A DNA stretch of 64,000 nt from Lingula anatina (lineage: Eukaryota > Animalia > Brachiopoda). Made by a program: the position numbers and the translations under genes. Shown piece by piece: positions 54,063 to 64,000 of the stretch; position 1 is the first letter of the stretch, and each line of letters begins with the position of its first letter. The notes beneath the pieces are model-generated. The model made no database searches. It saw nothing but the letters and a program-made list of their open reading frames with translations, and was not told the DNA's origin. The DNA lies in assembly GCA_051362555.1 (NCBI GenBank), contig CM120641.1, forward strand, positions 7,192,001 through 7,256,000. Direction: 5' to 3'.

Positions 54063-57000
54063 TTAAAGCCTGCCAATGACAATTGCCTCTGCTACATCCC
54101 CGGTTTTCATTTCCTTCTGTTCCTTAGTCTTTGGCGGCAGCATCAGCAATGCGTTTGCACTGCACATACTCAGTAACCGACTGCTGATCTGGCTCCCCGT
54201 GCTGCTGGCCCAGGGTACCGGGTCGTCTTCACGCCAAGACAGCACGACTCGGTGGTACTCAGGGCGAGAATCTAACTGAATATCCGACGAGATCTGAAAT
54301 AAAACCCAAAATTATAAATAGAATTAAATGTTCGTATTGAGATACGCAAAGAGAATTCAACAAAGGCAGAATATTTTGCCTTGAAGAAACTCATCAGCAG
54401 TCATGATACTCTCAGCGGAAAGGAAGAAAAAACGAACGTGCTTCATCGAAAAAAAACATAAAAATAAAAAGCCCCCACTATATGCAATCATAAAATATTT
54501 GGTATTTCATTTTCTATCGGAAGTCCCTGTGTCCCTGTGGGTTCGGAAGCTCCTGGAGGTCGGTGTAGGAGTCAGATGGGATGGCCAGTGCAGGGTAGGT
54601 GCTCCGTTTGCCTGTCGACTACATGGCGCCGGAATGCAGTTTTCATCTTTCTTTTTTCTACTTTATTCTTTTGTGTGTATGAGGAGGGTTGTGGAAGAGA
54701 ACCTTTTTTGCACAAGACGGCAAAACTACAAGTGCGTCTTAGGGGCCATTCAGAATGAGAAGAGTCGAGTGCTAGCTGGTCCAGGGCCTAAATACAGCGG
54801 ACCTACATGAAAGGAAGACCGCTTAACCCTGTAATGATCTCCCCACCTCTTTCACGCCTCCTCATGCGTCGTCCCTGCAGGGGCGGAGAGTTCATTACAA
54901 GATTAAGCGACCTTCCTTTCATGTAGGTCCGCCATATTTAGGCCGTGGATCAGCTAGCACTCGGCTCTTCTCATTCTGAATGGCCCCTTACACGTGGATG
55001 CTGTTTTTTCTCCAAAGAAGTGCTAGCCTTGGAGGCTAATACAAAACCCGTAAATTGTATTTAAAGATAACGACAATGACAAAGAAGTTATTCCATTATA
55101 CCAAAACAGACAATGTACTAATTTGTTGCACATACTTACAAATACGAAATGCTTTTCCTCTTAAATTAAACTTCTCTCATATTAAGCCCACGACGTTTTC
55201 AGCAAAGCCTTTTGCATCATTAGAAACAACCAACATCATCGAACATAAATATATCATCTAGTAAAAAAACTCTTCTGTTATAGGTAAAATAACAGTTTGG
55301 TTAAAACATGGTTTAGATTGATTTAAACGATTTTACAAACCAAGCATTTATTTGGAAATTTCTCTATGCTGATTTATACCAATCCACACCTCTAAGCTCA
55401 TGACTACACAGCATATTTGGTGCGGTGCTGAAGATACGTTAAGATAAGTCACAAGCTGCATGCAACTACCGACCAGCTTAAGATACACAAAATTCTTGAC
55501 TCGGTCAAAAAGTGTAAATCATTTAAAGCGTCTATCGTTTAAAATCGCCAATGGTTTGTTTATCCAAACAAACAGCGGTGGCTACTGAAGCCGAGGAAAG
55601 CAGTGGGAGCTTGTTATATGGTGATTTATGGGGCAAAAAAATGGCCCACAACTAATTACACATGTTTTCATTAACTAAATAATGGCAGCCGTTTCGAAAG
55701 TAGTGAATAACCACCCCAAATATTATAATGACATTCTTATCGACAGTAGCGGTTTTATAAACAGCTATCATTCTATGCTATTTCTCATGCCTGTTTAACA
55801 AAACCTGCGTTGTTTAGATGCGTTTTCTATTGGCATCAAACGTTGGTCACAAGTGGCGTGCTTTTTCTGCGTCTATGGCTTACATATATATTTACATATT
55901 GGAAGTGGTTACAACATAAAAGGAAATGGATTGGAAGTGGCTACAATGTAAGTGGCATCGTCGTAAACAGCTGATCTGAAATACATTTGTAATAAAGACG
56001 AGCGGCCAACAGGTCAAACTGACCTTCTTCTTCATCGTAAACAGCTGGTCAATTTTCAACTAACCTACACTAATTACCTTTCAAACGCATTACTTGTTTC
56101 TTACAAGAAGAAATCGTTTAAAATAGGTCAAATTTACACGTTAGACCAAAGAAGAAATATTTTAAACATACACATACCAAACAAATGTTACTTTCACACA
56201 TATTTTATAAAAAATCCAAAGGCAGTTCCCGCCCCATAGCAAGGGGGTCAATTGCAATTCCTCATGTTTAAAAGTAAACCCGTCAACTTAAATGGTGTGA
56301 AGAACACCATAAAATCCGATTTCTATTTTTTATCAAAAGGTATCAAATTTACGGCAGCGGTACACAGGAAGATGTGGCAAGAAAACAAGGTTGCCTTTTT
56401 GAGGACTATCGGAGTAAATGCGTTCAAAGCATAAATAAATAACCCCAAGTCTGTCCAGTGAATGATTTGGGACAGGTGAACCTGGATTGGCAAGATTGGA
56501 TCTCAAGTTTTTAAAAAAATTAAATAACCTGCACGTTTAATTTAAACAGTCATGCGCACGTGGCCAACTATCAACTTGAAATCACGTTGGCTGTTATCAG
56601 CAGTTGTATAATTTTGTTCTTTTTATATCATTGTCTCCCTTTTTCAGGACGTCTCTTTTTTCTAATGACATTTTTTTTCGTAAGCTTCGACCACCAGCAC
56701 CTGTGAGGTTTTACAAAGATCATTCTATATCAAACATTTTTATGGCTGTTAGGAGTAGAACAAAGATATCGTTTTGAGTTAGTTTGTGCATCGTACTGAA
56801 TTGGATGAAAGAGTTTTACAATATCGTTTCAGATGTAAGAGGCATTTAGACTAGACACCAATTATGTTTTATGCCTGCTCTTATCTAAAACAATGAGCTC
56901 AAAGCAACCATTAGTTCATTAGCGTTAAAATATTGAAACGAACATGACAAAAACGGCTTCCTAATATTTTCTGCAATGTGTCAGTTTGCTTTGAATTTGC

Positions 57001-60000
57001 CAGTAATAATTTATGAAAAGCATAATGGTGAATCATGGAATCAGTGGTAAAACACTCGGGCATGTTGTTTCAGAAGACAATGCTTCATTAAGTAAACATG
57101 ATCTAATTCCATAAACTGCTTTTCAAACGTTCTTAATAAAGTTTCTAATTCAAGCAATACTTATATCTGAAAATAGTTTCTATTGCGTCATTTAGTTCAT
57201 CGGATGGATATTTTACGATAAAACATATCCAAGTTGTGTATAATAATGGCAACATAATAACTATCGATCCATTAAGCTGCTTAGTAAAATTGAACAGGAG
57301 ACTTTCAATTATTTGCTGATGAACTTCCTTGTTCCGTATTGCCTTACCTTAGACTAACAAACAAATGTCAGCATTTCCAGAATTCAATATCAATACAAAT
57401 TTTTAGATTTGTAAAATAAAGCAGAGAGCCAGTCAAGTAACCTACCGTTGAACTTCCTGGTCCATAATGTACTTTATTTGTACAAATACACAAACGGCAG
57501 AATTGTGAGTCATGTAAATGCACAGCATTAGAAGATTCAAGTAAAATCGGTTTATTTAATATAGAGATTGTAATGAGTTACCATTATAGCTTCTTCAAAA
57601 CATCAGTCAATTAATGATTTTTTTCCTGGTTTACCAGAGACTACACTGGCTTTCATTAATGTGTGCAGTAGGCCTATTCTTGCAATTAGATAATAGGCTA
57701 AGAAGTAATTGGTTATGGATGAAACCTGTTAGGAATGTTTAAGCTGCACATGTAATGCAACCCATTGCTGACACTCCAGGGTAGAAACCCCCTATATTGA
57801 TGAAACTTGCTTCTCATATCTTGATGTTGTAGAACCCTCCTATATGATCCTAAAGATTTTTACACAAAGTATAGATTTCAGTGCAAGTTAATCCCCTCCC
57901 CCCAAAGAAAGACATTGACACTACAGATTGCAAAAAAGAAAAAAGTCAGATACATGAAAATTATCTAATGGTGAATTAACCCTTTGTCTTTATGAACTAT
58001 TGAAATGAACATTACAGTTGCACAATCATTTTAAGCATATAACACAGGCATTTGTCATCCAAACTGTTTCAAGGATTCATGGTGCCATGCCTAGTTTTAT
58101 CTGTAGCACAAATTAGGCATGGTTTGTATCAGACATCTTGATTTACTGCCCGTTTGTTCTACAGAAAAAGGTTCACTCCATGATAATATTAATGACCACC
58201 GACAGAAAAATGTAATCTTCATTGACAGAACATTTATGACCTGTTAATGAATAATATAAAACAAAACTGAAAATGATACACGAGTCAATGAAAATGTAAT
58301 ATATCACTGCCTACTTAATGGAACATCGATTAATTTTGTAATGTCATCCAAAATTACAAAGAAAAAAAAAATTCTGACAAAACAAATATGATTTTTTCAA
58401 ATATCACAAAAAGAAAAAATAATTTAAAAAAGAATAAAAATAAATTTTCACTAAATAAAATTTTGAAATGTCTGTTTTTTGGGTCAAACATGGTATTATC
58501 ACTTTAAATGTCTCTAAATGCTGTAGGTATCAAGTTGCCATTAGTGTCAATCAGGTTGGGTGAACTATGAAATATTGCATACACTGGGAATGTTTACTCC
58601 AAAGAATGCAAATTGCCATTTGGGCCTATTACTGTCGGAAGAAGCTAATAGTTCACATTCACTTATCAGAATTAATGTGTCACAAAGTTATAACAGGAAC
58701 ACTATAAGGGAGAAGTAATAAAATGTGTGGCGTAATGAAAACTTGCTTTGCATTCCATTTCATGTTGCTGTAGATATCTTTTTTGAATATGAAAAACATA
58801 TAAAACCATTGTGCTTATTGCTGTTAAAATGTTCCATAGTATTAATCAAATATTAAGTTAAGTAACTAAAAGATATACTGATCATTAAAGTAACTTTACC
58901 TACAGGAGAAACAAAATTGTGTGTATGTCTGTGAGTATGTGAGGGGAGAGGGAAGGGAAGAAAACATTGAGAAACAATAAAAGCCCAGTTTTAAAACACA
59001 CTTGAAACAAAAAACTAACCTTAGCTTTAATAACTGTTCTCCTTGGGTTTGGATAGCCACTCATCTTGTTCAGGGCAGGAATCACATACAGGTTACAGGT
59101 AACTATGGCACTTACTGGGTTTCCAGGGAGACCAAAAAATAACTTTTTGGTATCATCTATAGTAACTGTGGCAAATGTTGTTGGTTTTCTGAAATCAGAC
59201 AAAATGGTACAATATCTGAGGATTACCATATGACATTGTAGGTAACTATTAAAACTATCTGACAAAACTTCTCTTGGAGCAAAAATTGTTCAAATATTTT
59301 GTTGTCTCTCAAGTTTTCTGAGGATATTTTCCTATGGTGTGAATCTCTATTTTATTATTATGAAAAATGCCAAAATATATCTAATTTTTTTTACCACTTA
59401 ATGTTATAATTTTAGCTTATAAGGATGAATATGATATATGATACAAATGAACATTTCCCTTTCACTTAGAACCTGAAAACTTATGTGAACACAATGTACT
59501 TGTGATGTCTTAAATGTGTTACTGGTACTTATATTTGCATGATTTTAATGTCTATCCATCATTTTGTGAGTTTTTCTGGCTGCATATCTGTTGGTTTTTC
59601 TGTCTGTAAACTTTTATCAGACTGTGAACTTTGTGAACCTAACATATTTTTGTGGCTTATCAGAAATTACAATTAATCACACTATGTGACAAGGGCATTG
59701 AGCTGTTCTGTTTGGTAAGACTAGGGGAATGACTGCTGAAACCATTTTCAATCAAAAATTACCAAACTTTGGCAGTGTTCAAGGTAACCAAAGCCTACAA
59801 AAAAGATGACCTAAACAGGAAAATGAAAATCTAGATTTAAATGTTTAATAAGTGTTTCTAGAGAAGGATATTCATAATCATTAAAATTCATAGGGTATAT
59901 TTTCAGAGGTACCCCCCTAAAGTAAAAAAAAAACCTAGACGTAGCATCTGTTTGATTTGACAAATTTAATATTTTGGTACTGTGACCATGGTATTAGACA

Positions 60001-61754
60001 TGAACACAGTGAAGCAGTCAGCAACAGACATAATAGAGGTAGGTGGAAACAGGTCACCAAGAACAGGGACAGGGATGCACTGTACATACATTACATGTAC
60101 ATTTGGGTGGCAATTTGTCTATCATTTTTTTTTCAAAGCCAAAATGTTTTAAAAAGCACTTATAATATCAAAATACCTGCCAGGAAAAGAAAAGTGTCTA
60201 AAGGGATCATTTTTGATCCTGGTATGACAACAGAAATTTTACTGCATCATGTAGCAACATGTTTACAGATCATCACTTTACAGTTGGTGTAATTCCAAAC
60301 TATATATATATATATATATATATATAACTATATATGTATATATATCCTGAAAATGTTTTAAGACCATATTTTCCTCATATGACATAAGTCTACCTTTTTT
60401 TTTTTTGGTACTTTCACTGTTTAATTTAATTTAATCATATGGATGAGTTCTAAAAACTGGATTTCTGTTTCAATAGTACAGGAGTAAATGTTTGTAACCT
60501 TTTATCTGCACATATGTTCAACACTAGAACAATCCATTTTTCATCTCAGTCTGATATTTGTCAAAATATGTCAAGACTATTGATTCAGTAACATAATGCT
60601 AACAAGCAAAAATAGTAAACAAGCCCCCCCAAGGAAGGAAGGCGAAACTATATTTCTGGGAAAAAGCAGCAATAAATGGAATAATGTTCAACTTATTTAC
60701 ATCAAGGGAGTCATCTGAGGTGTACGCATGTTGTGAGCATTGACATTGTAACTCTAGGAGCTCTGTAGTTTGTTTTTGGACAGCAAATTCCAAAGAAACG
60801 GAATGGGCATGCACGTACCTATAGAACTACCAAACGTGGCACTATTATACAACTTAATATTTTGTTAATCCATCAATTGAAATTATAATGTAGACAAAAT
60901 CAGCAATTTATCATATTTCAATCCAAACTTAATAAAGATTTACAAAGAAAACCTGATAAAGTAGCTTTGAAAATAATAACTTAATCACACTTACCCAGGC
61001 TTCATGAAAACTCTTCCAAAATGCATATGTGCTTGCAAATCAACATGGAGGACTTGCTTCAAAAGGTCCTTAAAATAATAAAATGACATCTACTCAGATA
61101 GCATAAAAAGACACCATCAAGCATATATTGAAAAACGTGTGTGTATGTGTGTGTGTGTGTGTGTGTATCAAGCACATAGTGTAAAGACCAATCAGATCTA
61201 GAGGTGCAGGGCCCATAACAGTTGAACCTTCATCTAAGGATGTGGTCATGTAAACAGGGGTGCTCTTCTTTATTACAAAGGTTCACAATTGTGAAAGTCA
61301 GCTATTCTAAAGATCCAATTCTCTGAAGGTTCAGTATTGGGAAAGTCTGCTATTATAAAATTTGGTTCATTCTTCCGAAATACACATACAAAGCTCATAA
61401 TTCATCATATATGCCATGTTTATAACATGATTATTGGGCATTAGAAATTATAGATGTACCATAGACTTGTGGGACTATGCCCTAGGTATCCAAAATTTTC
61501 AGTCAAACTGCCACCACTGAGCATATGGTTCAAAGTACACCTCCCCAAACCCTTTTTTCACTCTCTGCACCTCCATGTAATGTTAAATAAAGCTTTGATA
61601 ACTGCCATATGTACTATTTCCCCGTTTCACACCATTTAACAGCCGGTATTTTCTCATGGGACAAACCTTCTCCCCCATGGACACTCCACCACTGGTTACT
61701 ATCACATCCGTCCGTCTTAAAGCATTTTTCAGGTGCTCAAGGAGGGACTCTGGT
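54063..61754 (-). CDS. GPHN: Gephyrin (MoeA/E-domain C-terminus), last four coding exons; 5' part lies beyond the window
   Basis: Exons 61754-61667 ([14 protein letters not shown]), 61068-60995 ([17 protein letters not shown]), 59188-59020 ([27 protein letters not shown]) and 54293-54063 ([37 protein letters not shown]) are in frame with GT-AG junctions. Confidence 0.96.
54742..54987. mobile_element. PIF/Harbinger-type (Tourist-like) palindromic MITE in the last gephyrin intron
   Basis: GGGGCCATTCAGAATGAGAAGAG...CTCTTCTCATTCTGAATGGCCCC, with ~100-bp imperfect arms and a TTA TSD at 54739-54741 and 54988-54990. Confidence 0.85.
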
Positions 61755-64000
61755 CTGAAAAAAAAATTGTTCAACAATGTGCAAACCTGGGTGTAAATTA
61801 TTTGACAGATTTGAACAACAGACTGGAACTCTTACAGGAAACCTACCTGTACAACACTGTAAAACACATGTTTTGTAAGTCTATTGGCCTTACATTACTT
61901 TTCTTTATTGCTAAAACTAGTTCTCCTTTTAAGAGAAAAATATTAAGTGAAGATATTCCATGAAGATTGATACTACATTGTATCTATCTTGGGTAATAGT
62001 TCAATACATGCTTGGTTTTCTTTTTAAGTTTAAGATGGGAAAGAGATGACAATGATAAAATCAAAGAATGAAATCACTGCAAAATGAAGATAAAAAATAG
62101 ACTACAGGTGAATGCAAAAATATGAAAAATCTTTGATTAAAAAGAAGTTTAAACCTCTTAAACAAATTTAATCAGTACTTTTTGATTACCAAGTGTTTTT
62201 AAAAGAGCTGCTTTTCCTTCCATTTGTGTATTTAGTGTAAGAACATGTAGTTAATATCACCTGACAAGGGTGTGTGTAATAGTAAGAAAAAGGGGTTAAG
62301 ACTGCTCACTTTTCAGACAGCATCTAATTAACTATTGCAGGAAATACCACTTCAATAATAAACACAATTTTAACATGCTTCACTGCCAAACATGAGCAAT
62401 TTACAAATGATTTGTGAAAATTTACAAACAGCATTTAAATATTTCAAGATCTTAGATCAGGAACAATTCATATGAAAAAATGACATCAAAAGTAATCTTA
62501 ATAAATTTTGGAAAGTATATAGTCCATGTTTTAACACACCTCTACCAAGATATTAAGAAAAATCTAACCATGTGCATTTCAAACCATTTAAATCTGGTGA
62601 ACCAAACACATGTAAATTCACTTCACTATTCAAGGCAAGAAAAAAAGGAACTGTCTGCACTTATTTCCTGTCCTGTGGTTTCTTTTTTTACTTTAAATAT
62701 AGCATCAAGGTATCTAAAAATATATGTATCGCCGATCCTTGGCTTAAATTTCTCTTCTCATCTGTAAAGGACATAAAAGTACAGCAGTTCTTTGTAATAA
62801 GATTTCAAGACACCTCCTCTGATAGTCTGCTTTCCCTATGTGGTCTTCTACTTAATATCTTGTGTTTGGGCATACACACTATTTCCACATACAAAGAATT
62901 TCAAGGGAGCAGTGTAATGTCTTCTCCTGGCAAAATGATAATTGACATATTCTTCCATTCAAATATGCTGCCTGTGAGTTATTACTTTCACACCAGGTAA
63001 CCTTCAGTGTTTAAAATTTTGCTAGTCAAGGGCAATGACACCATAAGAGGTTAGAATATTTTTAAAAAGGTGCTTTAAAGCAAAAAACAACTGATACTGT
63101 AGACCACAAGCAATAACAATAAACATATTAGATGTTAACGTAATAATTGAAAGGTCATATTCAAGTGTTTTCAAATTCATGAAAATTTCATAATAAAAAT
63201 ATTTTAAAAAAAAAACACTTAAAAGACCAATTGGCATGTATTTTGAAAAACTACAAGTCTTTTAGGAAATTTGACAGTTGAAATGTATACACCAATGCTT
63301 TATTTTGTCAAATATAAGGTTCTATTCTTTTTTCCTGATCAATTAATTTTGAGTTGAATGAATCAATCACTGACAGAAGGCTGAAACTGGCAACATAGAT
63401 AACTTTTTGGTTTAAAGACATCTGTGTGGGAGAATTGAAATCATTCCAAGCTTTTAATGATGTGCTGGACTTTTTTTGTCAAGAATTCAAGTCTGAGTAA
63501 ATGCATTTATCAGCAATTTATCATGATTTATTTGAACACTTTATTTATTTTTTTTTTTCATAACGTGCAGCTTTCTTTATCAAAATGAATGAATTTTGTA
63601 AAATAGTCCTACTTTCATTAGAAATATGTGATTTCAAAATGAATAATGTGAATAATAATTTCAGATGGAAACATATTTCCTGATTTCTTAATATGATAAT
63701 GTTTTGCAGTATTATTCCCAAATCTACCAGCACTACATTTCCTTATAAGGCACTTTAACATTCTTTCCACACTGAAAAATTATTAACCACGCATTACCAC
63801 ATACAGCATCTTTATTCAAAGGCATTTCAAAATTGAGTGGAATTGAAACACTATTGACACTCAAGCACGTTTAAAAAACACGTGGCTGTGTTCATTTAAA
63901 GAAAAAGACACATATATCATCACATCACAGTTTGTGGTTGTTCATTGCAGCTTTATGCCTGTGATTAGGTGATGAGTACTTTTATGATGTAGCAAAAAGC

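Noticed and set aside
61277-61380. Degenerate ~16-bp tandem units (gaaggttcagtatt-like) in a gephyrin intron
   Set aside because: Too decayed to delimit; probably an ordinary old repeat fragment.

Overview
AT-rich, intron-containing animal (invertebrate; probably lophotrochozoan/mollusc-like, inferred) genomic DNA, not prokaryotic. Eight spliced protein-coding genes can be assembled by eye with in-frame splice sites: 3' end of INTS15/C7orf26 (+); IgGFc-binding-domain transmembrane mucin A (+); ENKD1 (-); C2orf81/DUF4639 homolog (+); IgGFc-binding-domain transmembrane mucin B (-); tubulin-tyrosine ligase (-); an EGFR/ErbB-type EGF ligand precursor (+); and the 3' part of gephyrin (-). There are also several non-autonomous TIR elements, including an 828-bp fold-back element with perfect 302-bp arms and an 8-bp TSD. 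The most interesting structure is the inverted pair of IgGFc-domain/DNDCDG/mucin/TM receptors. Their ectodomain exons are patchily homogenised, their tails are very different (~22 vs ~155 aa), and they bracket the ENKD1-C2orf81 head-to-head pair. This looks like a paired-receptor locus in which inversion could swap the tails. Gene names come from recalled sequence similarity, not database searches.
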